Source: the human T2T-CHM13v2.0 reference genome, Homo sapiens
Strand: one strand, 5' to 3'
Assembly: GCF_009914755.1 (NCBI RefSeq)
Contig: NC_060934.1
DNA: 64,000 bases
The notes below the pieces were generated by a model. The model ran no database searches, was not told the DNA's origin, and saw only the letters and a list, made by a program, of their open reading frames with translations. The position numbers and the translations under genes were made by a program. Position 1 is the stretch's first letter, and the number at the start of each line of letters is the position of its first letter. Below, piece after piece: positions 40,375 to 54,167 of this stretch.

Positions 40375-42802
40375 CTGACAGCCGTGATGCCATATTGGGG
40401 ATATCAGTCAACTTCATAGCCCACCTGTGGAGCTAAGTTGGTTGTCTTCAAAGCATGGTGGGGAAGTTCAACCTAGCCTGAGTCCCTAAATGGCTAATTT
40501 CCATGTCCAGCTTCACAGCCCACCCCAATGACCCTTCCGAGGAAGGGAGAAGCCCACCTCCATCAATGTCAAAACATAGAGGCTAGACCTGCTTGACACA
40601 GAAAGTCAAGCAGTGGCTCCACTCACAAAAAGCCCATCTGATAAACTCTACCCAGGCAGGAAAACTCCCACAACCATGCATTTTAGGGAAATGTAGGAAC
40701 AAGACTTGCTTGACCCAGGAAGTCAAATAGCCCCTCAACTCAGAGAAAAGCCCACCTCAAAACTCCACCTTGACAAGGAGGCAATCCAAAATGGTCCATT
40801 TCTAAGGAGCATATCCTCTGGTTTGCCCATCCCAAACATTGGCTATGCCTAATCTTTAAGCCTAGCCTGAGGCCCTGCAAACTGCAGATCCCAAATAGCA
40901 GAACTGCATGGCCAGGAAATACATCTTATAAGTAGCCTGACCAGAAGACATTGCAGTACACAGCCAGCAGCTCTTTGCAGTAGCACAACACAGCCAGAGG
41001 CCTTGACAGAGAGTGAAACCCAGCCAGCAGCCCCACTTGACAACAGACAAAAGGCAGAGTACCAAGCAATTAGAAAACCCACATGCTCTGCCTGTCAGGG
41101 ATTGTCACCAGCTGGCCCTTCCAGAATCACAGGTTACACTAAATAGTGAAGGTCTATTCCTGACAATGAACATCTGTAAAGGCTAGAAAAGAGGACTTTC
41201 TCTTCACATGCATAGACAACAATGCAAGGACACAAGTATCATAAAGAATCAGGTAATCATGATACCTCCAAAAGAAACTAATAAAGCTCCAATAATTGAC
41301 CCTGAAGAAATGAAGATCTATGAAATGACTGACAAAGAATTCAGAATAAATTCTTTTAAAGAAGTTCAGTGAACTACAAGAACATATGTATAGAAAATTC
41401 AATGAATTTTGAAAAACCACAAACAAAATAAGAAGTAGAAACAATAAAAACAAACCAAGTGGAAATCCTAGAGATGAAGAATCCAGTGCCTGAACTGAAA
41501 AATTCGATAAAAGCATCAACAGCAGGCTCAACCAAGCAGAAGAATGAGCTGAAAAACACTATTTGAAATTATCCAGTCATAGGAACAAAGAGACAAAATA
41601 ATAAAAAAGAATCAAGAAAGCCCACAGGAATTTTGGGACACCATCAGGAAACCAAACATTCACATAATAGTAGTTTAGAAAGAAAAGAAACAGGGGGTTA
41701 GAATAAATATTTAAGGAAATAATGGCTAAAAAATTCGCTAATCCTGAAGTAGTTGCCCACATCCAGGTATAGAAAATGCAGAGCTTCCCAATCAAATTCA
41801 ACCTCAAAAGAAGTTCACCAAAACACATAATAATAAAACTTTCAAAAATCAAAAATGAAATTTTGAGATTAGCAAGAGATAAGAAATACATCACATAGAA
41901 AGGAATACCAATACAACTATCCAATTTCTTGGCAGAGACTCTGTAGGTCTGGAGAGAGTGGAATCACATATTCAAAGTGTTAGAGGAAAAAACTGCCAAT
42001 CAAAAACACTTAATCTAACAAAGCTGCTGTTTAGAAATGAGAGAAAAATGAAAACTTTTCTGGACAAACAAAAACTAAGGGAATTTATCATCACCAGACC
42101 TGCCGTACAGGAATTATTAAAGGGAGTTATTAAAAGTGAAATAAAAATCCACTAATTAATAACAAACATGAAACATATGAAAGCACAAAACTCAGTGGCA
42201 TAAGTAAAACAGAGCTATATTCAGAATGCTCTAGGACTATAATGATGATGTGTAAGCAGTTTTATTTCTAGTACAAGACATAGAAGACAAAGATATAAAT
42301 AATAACTGTAGCTAAAATAAATTTTCAAGGGAAACACATTAAAAAATGATGCAAATTCTGCCATCAAAAACATAAAAGGTGTGGGGAGAGTAAAAGTGCA
42401 AAGTTGCATGCAATTAAAGTTAAGTTGCAATCAGCTTTAAATAGGATACTATAAGATGTTCTATGTAAACCACATGTAACCACATAGCAAAAATCTTTAG
42501 TAGAAGCACAAAACAAAAATAGAAAGGATCCAAAATATATCACTACAGAAACCCTTCAAACTGCAACAGAAGACAGCAAGAGAGGAGGAAAGAAACAAAG
42601 TATTTATTAAAAAAACAAAAACAAACAACAACAACAAAAAAAAACAGAAAATAACTGGCAAAATGGCAATAGTCCTTACCCATTAAAAACTACCTCAAAT
42701 GTAAATGGATTAAATTCTCCAATGAAAAGACACAGAATGATTGAATGGGTTGTTTTAAAAGACCCAACAATATTTTGTCTGTAAGATGCTCACCTCATTT
42801 TT

Positions 42803-42950
42803 GGCCAGGCATGGTGGCTCATGCCTGTAATCCTAGCACTTTGGTGGGCTGAGGTGAAAGGATCCCTCAAAGTCAGGAGTTTGAGACCAGCCTAGCCTAG
42901 GCAACAAAGCAAGACCCTGTCTCTACCAAAGAGAGGGAGAGAGAGAGAGA
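42803..42950 (+). mobile_element. Free left Alu monomer (FLAM_C-like) with (GA)n tail
   Basis: Single monomer; TSD gctcacctc..tttt at 42788 and 42954. Confidence 0.85.
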
Positions 42951-45900
42951 GAGGCTCACCTCGCTTTTGGTGATGCATTTATATAGAAAGTGAAGGGATG
43001 GAGAATGAGATTTCATCCAAATAGAAACCAAAAGACAGCAGCATTAGCTATATTTATGTCAGAAAAAATAGATTTTAAGTCAAAAACTGTACAAAGAGAC
43101 AAAGAAGGACATCATATAATGATAAAAGGGTCAATTTATCAAAAGGATATAACAATTATATATGTACCAAACATTGGATCATCTAAATATATAGAACAAA
43201 TATTAAAGGATCTGAAGGAAGAGATAGACTGCAATAGAGTAATAATAGGGATCTTCAATACTTCACTTTTCACAATGTCAAGAGATTATCCAGGGAGAAA
43301 ATTAATAAAGAAACAATGGATTTGAACAACACTTTAGACCAAAGGAGCCTAACAGATATATACAAAACATTATATTCAATAGCAACAGAATACACATTTT
43401 TCTCAAGCATGCACAGAATATTCTTCAGAAAAGGTCACATCTTAGGGCACAAAACAAGCCTTGGCAAATTTCAAAAGACTAAAATTTTGTCAAGTATCTT
43501 TTCCAACCACAATTGCTACAAAATTAGAACTTAACAGAAGAAATTTTGGAAAATTTCACATGTACATGGAAATTAAACAATATACTTCAAAACAAAAAAA
43601 ACTGGTCACTAAGAAAAAAAGAGAGAGTCCTCAAATATACAAAATCAGAAATGAAAGAGGAAACATTATAAGCCAATACCACAGAAATACAAAGGATATC
43701 AAGAGAATACTATGAACAATTATACACCAACAAATTGGATAACCTAGAAAAAATGTATAACTTCCTAGACACATGCAACCGAGATCGAATCATGAAGAAA
43801 CAGAAAACCTGAACAAACAAATAATAAGTAAGGAGATTGAATCAGCAACAAAAGGTCTCTCATCAAAGTAAAGGCCAGGACCCAATGGTTTCACTGGTAA
43901 TTTCTACCAAATGTTTAAATAAATACTAATACTAATCTTTATCAAACTCTCTCAAAAAATTGAAGACGAAGGAATACTTCCAACCTCTTTTTACAAGGTC
44001 AGCATTATCTTGATAGCAAAGCCAGACAAGGGCATTACAAGAAAACAAAATTATAGGCCAATATCTTAGATGAACATAGATGCAAACATTCTGAATAAAA
44101 TACTAGTAAGCCAAATTAAACAACACATTAAAAGGATCATCCACTGTGATCAAGTGCTATTTAACTCTGGATGCAAGGATGGTTCAACTAAGAAAATCAA
44201 CAAATGTGATACATCACATTAACAGAATGAAAGAAAAAAAGAATATGATCACCTCATTAGGGATATAAAATACATTTCACAAATTCAACATTCTTTCATG
44301 ATAAAAGCTCTTCACAGATTAAGAATAGAAGGGATGTACTTCAACATAAAAAAAAGGCAATATATGAGAAGCTCACAGCTAACATCTACTTAATGGTGAA
44401 AAATGAATGAAATTAGATTCTTATCTCATACCATATATAAAAATCAATTCAAATTGATTAAGGACTTAAACGTAAGACCAGAAACAGTAAAAATACTAAA
44501 GGAAAGCATAGGAAAAAACCTACATGACAATTGGTGTGAGCACTGAGTTTTTGGTTTTGACTCCAAAAGCACAGGCAACAAAATCAAAAATAGAAAATGG
44601 GAATATGTCAAACTAAACAGCTTTGCATAGCAAAAAAAAAATTAACAACATACAAAGACAATCTATGGATTGGAAGAAAATATTTGCAAGCCATACATCT
44701 GATAAGGGGTTAATATCCAAAATATGTAAGAAATTCAAACAACTCAATAGTAAGAAAACAAAGAGGGTACCCAATTTAAAAATGGGCAAGGGACCTGAAT
44801 AGACATTTCTCAAAAGAAGACATACAAATGGCTAACAGATATATGAAAACTTGCTATATATGATTTATAATATATGAAAAAATCAATCACTATAGAAATA
44901 CAAATTAAAACCACATTGATATATTATTTAATACTCGTCAGAATGACTATTATTAAAAAGACAAAAGAAAACAAGTATTGGCAAGGATGTGGAGAAACGG
45001 GAACTTTTGTACACTGTTGGTGAGAACGTAAATTGGTACAGCCATTATGGAGAATGGTCTGGAAGTTCCTCAAAAATTAAAAATAGAACTACCATAAGAT
45101 CCAGCTATCCCACGTCTGAGAATTTCCCCAAAATATCTGAAATCAGTTTGTCAAAAAGATATCTTTGTTCCCATGTTCACTGCAGCACTATTCACAGTAG
45201 CAAGTTATAGAATCGTTCTAAGTGTCCATCAGCAAGTGAATGGATAATGAAATGTGGTATATATATATATACACTGAAATACTACTCAGCCTCAAGAGAG
45301 GAGGAAATTCTGTCACTTGCTACAATATGGATGGAATTGGAGAACATTATTCTAAATGAAACAAGCTAGAAATGATGAGACAAATAGCACATATTCTCAC
45401 TTACAGTGAAATCTAAAACAATAGGACTCATAGAAGCAGAGAGTAGAATGGTGATCACAGAGGCTGGGGCTCAGGGAATGGGGAGATGATGGTCAATGGG
45501 TACAAAGTCTCAGACAGGGGAATATGGGTTTTTTTGGAAATCTGTTGCACAGTGTGCCAAATAGAGTTAATAATAGAATATTGTACATTTCAAAATTGTT
45601 AAGAGAGCACATTTCAAATAGTCTTACCACAAAAAAGTATTAAGTATATGAGGTTATATGTTAAGTAGCTTGGTTTAATTATTCCATATTGTATTCATAA
45701 ATAATAATTACTTCATACTCCAAAAATACATACAATTATAAATTTTCAGTTTACATTTTTTGAAAAATGAAAAAAAAGTGTGTTGAGCAAGTTAGAGTTA
45801 ATGCACATCTTGCTGATGTGGGCCATGAAGAAGGAAAGACCCCGTCAACTTCTGTTAGCACAATGGATGCTTTTCAAATGAAGCATAGCATGACAGTGTA

Positions 45901-46739
45901 AATAAAGTGCTATCTCTTGAAACACTGCAGACATTGTTTTTAGAAATGTCTTCAGTGCTTACATCCCAGGGGTCACCCATACAAGGATTTAAATAATTGA
46001 AACTGAATAGGAGAAATGGCCTTCAAAAATCTAGATGGAATGTCCAGCTCAAAGGGCCAGCCACTTTACATAGAAGTAACAGCATTCATGGTTGTTATAC
46101 AGAAGTTAAGAGAAGATTAAATAGAAAAATTCACTGTCTTGGCAAGAGTCAGTATGAGTGAGAGAGGAAGAGCCAGTCTTGACCCCAGGTCCCCTCCCCT
46201 GCTGTGTATGCACCTGCTCTACCTCATTTATGGGCCCTGGGACACTCTGTGACCAAGGGCTTTATGAGTATTTCAGAGAACAATCAGATCAGGCTGCCCG
46301 GTTTATGCCTTGGCTTGGCTGCGGGTCAGCTCTAGAAGGGGGTGTGGCCTTCCTTCTTGGCTGGGGACTGCCTTTCAGGTGCCCCTTGAGAGGTCATGTA
46401 GAACACCTGCTCCTTCCTGCCAGTGATCTGCTCCAACCCTCCCAGAGGTACTTTGGAAATATTTTAATTTTCATTCCTTGGATGCTATACTGTTATGACT
46501 TTTTGAATGAATTTATATAGGAGAATTAAGTTACTCTTGTAATATATGTCTATTCTGAATCATTACATGGGTACATGGGTAGGGCATTTATACTGGGCAA
46601 TGATATTATTTTGTTAGCATCATTTTAGCATTACTGTTATAACACACTGATTTTCTTTAAAAGATGCTTTTCATGAGTTTTGCTATTCTTTTCCTGGCAA
46701 TGTTCACCTTACCCATCAAATCCCAGGCATAAATACTCT

Positions 46740-46990
46740 CATCATCTCTAGGAAATCTCCCAAATGTTGTTATCGAAAACCAATTGCTTCCCTCTGTTCA
46801 ACAGCACTTTGTTCAGACCACTCTATAGGACTGATATAGTAATGATTAGTAGTTAATATAACCTTCCCCTAAGAAATTAGGCTGTGAGCTTGCTGAGCAT
46901 AGGAAGACTGCCTTTAACCATCATAGTCTTAGGGCTGATCTCAGTAGTTGGTGCTAAGTACAACCACATTCTTGCTAGAATTGACTGCAT
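46740..46990 (+). mobile_element. L2 3' fragment
   Basis: ttaggctgtgagcttgctgagcataggaagactg. Confidence 0.55.
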
Positions 46991-47739
46991 GATGGTGTTC
47001 TACAAGCAAGTGTACTGCTGTTGTTATCTACATTAACCGCCATGCTGAAATCTTTTCCTCTTTTTGAGGCTGGCTTAAAAAGCACAAACCCAATATCTGA
47101 CTTTTTACTTGAGTTCTTTCATTTACAGGAAAATGAAAATTTTCCAACTTAAGCAAACAAGTATGGAATCCAGTGTCCAAGAAATAGTTTCTATTAACAG
47201 CCTGGAAACACGGGGCTGGCAAGACATACCAAGTGCAGCTTCAGGAATGTGCTCCTACTTGTAAAAAAAAAAAATCCTAAGCACACAGTGGGTGGTCCTT
47301 TACACATGTAACAACTTAGACTTTAAGATACCCAGCAATATTTGGAACCTTCTTTTAAAAGAACTGTAAAATGAATGGCTGGCCAGTATACTTCACGGGC
47401 CACTTGGGCAAGAGCCAACTGTCAGCCATAAATGGGTCCTGTTATTTCAGTGCATGTTGAGGGTCAACTGCACCCTAACAGCCACTCCAATCCCTGGCTA
47501 ATGGCTTCCCATCGAGGGAGTTGGGGGAGAAAGCTTTCTTTGGGAAGCTCCATATTCCTAATTCTCAAAAAGACCTATGTTCAGGAAGTTGTTGCTTATC
47601 CCTGAAATGTTTGCAGAGGAATGCAATTATATTCAGTTTACTTGACAGTAAATTTGATTTTGGCAGTACAAGAGGTGTTTCCATATCATTTCACTACTTA
47701 TATTAGTGCTATTACTACCATTGTAACTATAATAATAAT

Positions 47740-48310
47740 AATAATTACCATCACTGGATTGCGAACCATCTGCCAAGTCCTATGCGGTTTGTTGCAAATG
47801 AAGGAAGATATTCTTATCATCTGTGGTTTATAGATAGGGAAACTGAAGTTTAAAAAAGTTAAACACTTTAACAGAAGTCAAACAGCAAGCAAGAGTGACA
47901 GCTAGTGTTACAGACTAAATATTTGTGTTCCTTCAAAATGTGTATATTGAAACCTAATCCCCAAAGTGATGGCATTTGGGGATAGGGCCTTTGGGAGGTG
48001 ATGAGGTCATGGTCGTGAAACCCTCATGAATGGGATTAGTGTCCATATAAAGGGGACCCTTATGAAGACAGCTTTCTCACCTCTTCCATCATGAAGGGCA
48101 CAGTGATAAGCATGACCTCACTAGATACCAAATCTGTCTGCACCTTGGTCTTGGACTTCCCAGCCTCCAGAGCTGTGAGAAATAAATGACTGTTGTTTAA
48201 GCCACACAGTCTATGATATTCTGTTATAGCTGCCAGAACTGACCAAGACAGCTAGTGTTTGGATGAAGGCTATTTACTCTAAATATCACACTCCTGACTA
48301 TTATGCCACA
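47740..48310 (-). mobile_element. MIR SINE split by an MLT1A LTR
   Basis: tttatagatagggaaactgaagttt...gtcaaacagcaagcaagag. Confidence 0.6.
47906..48250 (+). mobile_element. MLT1A-type MaLR solo LTR
   Basis: TG...CA ends, gggcctttgggaggtga, ttggacttcccagcctccagagctgtgagaaataaa; perfect 5-bp TSD GCTAG. Confidence 0.92.
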
Positions 48311-49529
48311 CTCCTTAAAGGCGTGACAGCTTCAGGGACAATTTGAGGGGCACAGTGCTACAAAGGTGTGAGTTATATCCACCAGATAGCAAGACACCAC
48401 ATTCTACCCCATAGTCCTAGCCTGTGTCATCTGCTGCTCACTAAATATATGATATCATTTGTCATAAAAGAAACCAGACAACAGAATACTCAACAAATGC
48501 ACTACTGGAAAAAATAATCTTTCTGATAGTATGAGCAAATGTCATCTTTTTAGACAAAAGGCAAAATCCGTTGATGAATAAAATGGTAATTTACTGCATT
48601 TATACAAGGCTTTACAGTTTGTTATATAAATTTGGATTTGTAGAGAAGATGACAATGTAAACTGTGTTACTGAAACCCACCACTTCCAGATTTCGGTAGA
48701 AAGGATTAGCAGAACATAAAAATAGAAAGACTCTACCACTGACAATGAAATGGATGCCATTTATGCATGGAAATTTCTGCTAGAAGTAGGACAGGTGGGT
48801 CTGGCTTGAAAAAATCAGACAGTAAACAATTTCCCTCCTCTAAAAGAAGACATCATGGATAGGCTTCTAATATATCCCATCTCAGAGGGGTTGGCTAGAA
48901 GGAAAAGGGCAGAAAACCTACTCTGTGAGGGTAGAAATCCTCCAGAACAAAGGGGAGAAATCCAGAAAGCAAAGCCTCTTTTTCAATGAGTAGTTTGGGG
49001 GATATGAACCCAATATGTATTTCATGGTTACTTGGACTCTCCAAAATCCTCAGGGAAGAAAGTTATGAGAAAGATTAGATGAGATCAGATATTAAAATAA
49101 AGAAAATAAATTTTGTTTTAAATTTGTGCAGGGTTGTATGGGAAAATGTAAGACCCTGATACAAACAAAAATCATTGAACCTATGAAAGTGGCCTTAGAT
49201 GAAAAAGTGCATCCCTCCCTGAAGAGTTAGAAACACTGCCTCTCCAATTAGGGAAAAAGAAATACACTTCTCAGTCGTATTCTTAACAAGAACTGAAAAG
49301 GTACTGAACCTATAGAACTAGATTTAGTATTCCTGAAGGAATACTAAATCCATGTAAAATTTAAGTTGGTTAAATTAAATTAAATTAAATGAGAAGTATA
49401 CAACAATCCTTTCATTTCCACATTCAGAGAGAACTTAGTAGCCTAAGATAGAATTAATTTGAGAAATGTATCCAGAACTCAGAGAGGAATAACACATGAA
49501 AATTTTACTAAATATGAGGGGTTTTGGAG

Positions 49530-50012
49530 TGGAAGATGCAGTTGTCTCTCCTGGGGCAGCCAGTTGGTTTGGATGGCATGGACCCACCGCTAGTCTCATT
49601 CTTTATTCCATAAAGATTACTTCTGGGCTGAGTATGTGACACAAGTTCACCTGAATGGAGGTATCAGGACTTGTTAAATGATTGTGGGAAGAGATGTACC
49701 TGGACGTGAATGAGGAAGACTATACCTGTGAATGAGCCCAGAAGCCATCTTGGTGCAATGAAAGAATCAGCCTGAGATGAAGGCAACACAAGGAAGTGTC
49801 TAGAGTCAAGGGAAGTCACAGAAACATTGCCAGAGACCCTTCTTGTTCTTTGCCTAAAGTATGAGCTCTCTATCTTTATATTTAAAACCAGAAAATTCTC
49901 ACCCTCACCAGAAACACTGAAGTGACACAAGAGCAGGAAATAAGCCTTTTTTGTGTTTAGCCACTGAGAATTTGGAGTTTTCATCAAAGAAAGTAGCTTA
50001 CCCTGACTAATA
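49530..50012 (+). mobile_element. Old MaLR LTR (MLT1H/G-like)
   Basis: 3' end gaaataagcct...tttagccactgagaatttggag...ccctgactaata. Confidence 0.6.
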
Positions 50013-50014
50013 AA

Positions 50015-50700
50015 AGCATTTATCCCAACATTGTAAGGATGGCTTAATATAGAGGGGGAAATATATATAGGACATCACAGCATTAAATTAAAGAGAAAGA
50101 AAAAAGTCACAAAATTATTTCAATAGATGCAAAAAAAACTGATAAAATTTAATATTCATTACTGATTTAAAGCTGTTTTTAAAAATTCAGAGAAACTAAA
50201 TAAATGGACGCATCCTTCAAATTGGTAGCAAATACTTGATTAAAAGCTATATTCAAACCAATTGTTTAATACAATGGTACAATTCTAGAGATATTTCAAT
50301 TAAAGACAAGATAATGATGACTGAAAAATTCTTGTCATTACATATGACAAGAAGCATAAAGGTTGTAATCATTGGAAAGAAAAAGATGAATGCATCATTC
50401 ACATATGCTGAAAACCTGTAATTAACTGATGTATTTGCGTTAATAATAAATTCAGCCTGGTGGTTAAATACAAAACAAATATACAAACTTCCTGAAGTTT
50501 CTTATGCATCAGAAATGATCAATGAGAAAAATCCTATATTAAAGGTCCACTTTAGGAAAGGGAAGAGATAAAAAAGAAGGCAGAAGGAACTTGAGATGAA
50601 TACAGAGAGGCAAGGGCAGGATCTACATAAGAAAAATGTAAATCATTAGTGAGTTACACAAAAGAAAAATAGACTATGTCAAGAAACATGGCATGCTCAA
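50015..50700 (+). mobile_element. Old L1 ORF2 fragment
   Basis: atttcaatagatgcaaaaaaa-type RT-region motif. Confidence 0.55.
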
Positions 50701-50860
50701 TTCTAGTTAAGCACAAGAGTACATAATTTCCAAATCTCCTCAAAGAATATTCATAATACCATATGCCAAATTTTCTCTCTGAATGGTAGGATTATTGCTG
50801 ATTATATTTTCTTCTAATGCTTTTTACTTTTTTCCCAAATAATTTTTACTGAAGATACAT

Positions 50861-50927
50861 TTTTAATTTATTTTTTAATTTTTAATTTTTTATAGATTTA
50901 GGGGCACAAGTGCAGTTTTGTTACATG
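50861..50927 (-). mobile_element. Short L1PB/MA 3'-end fragment
   Basis: T-rich tail then tatagatttaggggcacaagtgcagttttgttacatg. Confidence 0.6.
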
Positions 50928-51864
50928 AAAAATGTATTTTTTATCAGAAAAATTGCACAGATCAGAAAGAAAAGTTTAGAAGAATAACTAATATCACGTA
51001 GATATAAAAGCTTTTGGGAAAATACTGTTTTTGATCTGGCTAACTTAAGGGATATTGCTCTGACTCCACTCCATGTCCAAGCAACAGCACCCCAATGTCC
51101 GAAGAAACCTCGCAGGCCAGTGGGTGTTCCCCTTAGGAGTATGGCCCATTGACTTTGTTATCATTTCCTGGGTTTTTTAATTCCATTTTGCTAATCAAAG
51201 GGAACTCAGTGCGCTGTTCCCTAAGAGCTTTTTGAATTCTGACATGTCCTTAATTCTACATTGCATGAGTCTGTCACACCAATCCCACTGCATCAGGTCA
51301 GGCATTGTCTGTCCTTCCAATAGTCTCTGCCTTTCATTAGAAAGCAGATGGGTTACAAGAAGAGAAAGAGCAGCCATGGAACAGGGAGTCTCCACTCCTG
51401 CCCAGGTCTCAGGAAAGTTGCACATTTGGCAACAGAAGGATCCTGAATATATGCTTTGGCCAAAATCAGCTTTTACTCTCAACATCCTAAACTTCTTTCA
51501 GAGGAGTGTTCCAAGATGGATTATTCTGATTTCTGGGAAAAATCCACCATGGTCCCTTCACATACCTACCCTGCTGTCAACTTCAGTATGTGTTCCCTTC
51601 ATCCTGGCCCAGGAAAGTATACCCAAAATAAGCACTGACTTCATTATGAGTTGAACCGAATGGCCTCATGGTATAGATTCTTAGCTAAACTTCACAATGT
51701 GAATTGCCTGGATTACTTAAATGCTCTGTTGAGACTAGGTGATCCAAAAAGCAACTAGACTTTGCATCCAGAATAAACTCCATTGTGACTTAGTATTATA
51801 TTTTAGTTAAGTTCTGTATGAATAGATGTTTTTGGCATGCTAATGTGCTTGAATGGTCCTTTCA

Positions 51865-51995
51865 TAGAATTAGAGGCATTTTAGGGCTGCAGGGGGAATA
51901 CAATTTTTGGTCCATCCTCCGCGTTTTCCAAATGAGTTGACTGTGGCTTGGAGAGGTTAAGTGGCTTTTCCAGAGCCACACGATGAGTGTCAAGC
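51865..51995 (-). mobile_element. MIR SINE
   Basis: ttttccaaatgagttgactgtggcttggagaggttaagtggctttt. Confidence 0.6.
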
Positions 51996-54074
51996 CCCAC
52001 TCTGTAACATCAAAGGGCTGTCCCATTCATGTGGAGGGGACTTCATAAGTCATGGACAAGAGGAACATCATGGCCACCACGGTCATGATATTGTCCTAGA
52101 TGCAGGCTGAGCAGTTTATATATTTCTCCATCTTTGCTTGGCCTGGATGTAACCCTCATTTTTTCACTCCCACTTTCCCATGGATATGACCTGTCCAGGA
52201 TGGAGTGGTTTTTCTTGGAACATTACCAGTGTCTCAGTTCCCTGGTCTTGGCTTGTCTCCTTTTTCTGGCGTGCTGCTTGCTTTAGTCTCTAATCTTTGT
52301 AAGTCACCCGTTCCACATGGCTTGGACCCCCCTCCCTATAGCTTTGAGCTTGGGGCTGGGCACTAGATTTCTGCAAAATTTCAGGCTGAGATTAGACCCT
52401 AGGCCTCTTAATTTTTAAAGCACCGTTATCTGTTTACATCATACTATTATCTTCAATAAAACCAGTTACAGACTTGACTCTCTGGAATGAGACTTTCCAA
52501 AGACCAGTATTTTGCTGAGTTAGAAATAATTTAAAAATAGTCTTCCCTGACTGCTAATCTAGGGATTCCTTTCTTCTTACAGCTGCAACTACTATTAAAT
52601 TATAGTGTCGTCTATTAGGATTGGTTGCTTTGGGTTCACAAAGGTGATGACTATCAGTCACTAGCACAGTAGCCCATAAAGGATGTTCCTCAAGGAGGGG
52701 TGGGAATCCTGCAATACCTAGTACTAAGTTCCAGGGGCTAGTAGATGAGCATGGAGCCATGCTCAATTACTGGGCAATCACAGATAGGGTGTGGGTGAAC
52801 CCATCACAACATCATCATGCCAAAGAACAGAAGTCCATGCAGGGCAGGACTCTGGCAAATGAAGTGACGTTGAAGAGAGTTCTAAGATATCCCTGCCAAC
52901 CCTGCCCCATGCACACACATACACGGAGCTTGGACACTGAGAGTCAGTCAATGATGACTTGGAAGGACCAGCTCACTGAGGAGCATCTAGCTGATAAGAA
53001 ATAGAGGAGCAGTTGGAGACCAATGAGACTACCAGGATTCACCTCACAACCCTGGAATGTCCACTCACTGCTCACAAGACATGTTGCAGTGGCCTGTTGG
53101 GACTTGGAACTCTGCATGTAAGTGCTCCTGGCTGCTCCTAACCAGCTGAGTGATCCACCCAACTCAGTCCCTTCACTAGTCTCACTACTTTTCATTTCTT
53201 GTGCTGCTGCCTAAAATAAGTGTGAGGACCCCCGGAGTCTTTTATCAAAATGCAAAGACCACAGGAGGGTTATAATTTACAAAGACATTGGCTGGAGTCT
53301 TAAGTTGGAGGTAGTTAAGAGTGTAAGAGTGGTGTAAAAGGCATATTGTGAGGAAAGTGTGCTGATGGAAAGCCCAGAAGATAAACCCGGCAACTTCTCA
53401 GCGTTTTGGATGAGACATTGACACCAGGCTGAACATATTCACAGATGTGTCAAAGCAGGAAGTGGGGAGAATGCAACAGATGACAGAACCGAATGCAAGA
53501 TGGAGTCTGAGGCCCGGATAGAGAAATAAATGTAAGATGATAAAATTCCACAGGGTAGAGGGATGCCCCCAAAACAGAGACAAGTGTCGAACAGTATGGG
53601 TCGGGACTGTCCTAAGAAAAGGAAGATAATACAGCTCCTGTTTACCTGCACTAGTCAGACCTAGGCTGAGATTGACATTGCTAAAAATACCCCCAAAATA
53701 AAAAATAAACTGAAGAATGCACAGAAAGGGGGCGTGAAGAAGATGGTGTCTAATTTTGAAAATAAAATACTCACAAAACATGAGAGGAGATAGCTGAGGG
53801 TTAGACTCTGTGGTCAGCCAATGAGTCAGTGGTGTGTGCTGCACCCTCCTTGCCCCTGTGGCCAGAGGTGGCCGGTGGGCCCCACGGTTCCTCTCAGGGA
53901 GTCCTTGTGGCCAGTCATGGCCTGGCCTGTGGACCCCAGTCCTCCTCCCATTGAGCCCCAAAGTGGCCTCCTTGCCTTCATCAACATACTCCAGATGACC
54001 ATTGCCAGATCAACAGAAACTGAGACTTATCTGCCATTCCATGATGGGCATCATCTTTGACAGTAAGTAGAAAG

Positions 54075-54136
54075 AACTAGGATCAAAGGAGAGATTCTAT
54101 GGTGGGCAGATTTTGCTCAAAATGAAGAACTTTTTT

Positions 54137-54167
<31 letters not shown>

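Larger units (their letters stand above)
38056..45777 (+). mobile_element. Nearly end-to-end L1MA (L1MA6-like 3' UTR) with nested MER52 LTR and FLAM and two ORF2 deletions
   Basis: 5' UTR-like sequence, ORF1 remnants (41958-42155 KTFLDKQKLREFIITRPAVQELLKGV), endonuclease remnants (42990-43325), L1MA 3' UTR at 45300-45775; 5' boundary is tentative. Confidence 0.8.

Noticed and set aside
38417-40436. Dense cluster of overlapping ORFs on both strands
   Set aside because: All lie in the GC-rich MER52 LTR; no gag/pol/env similarity
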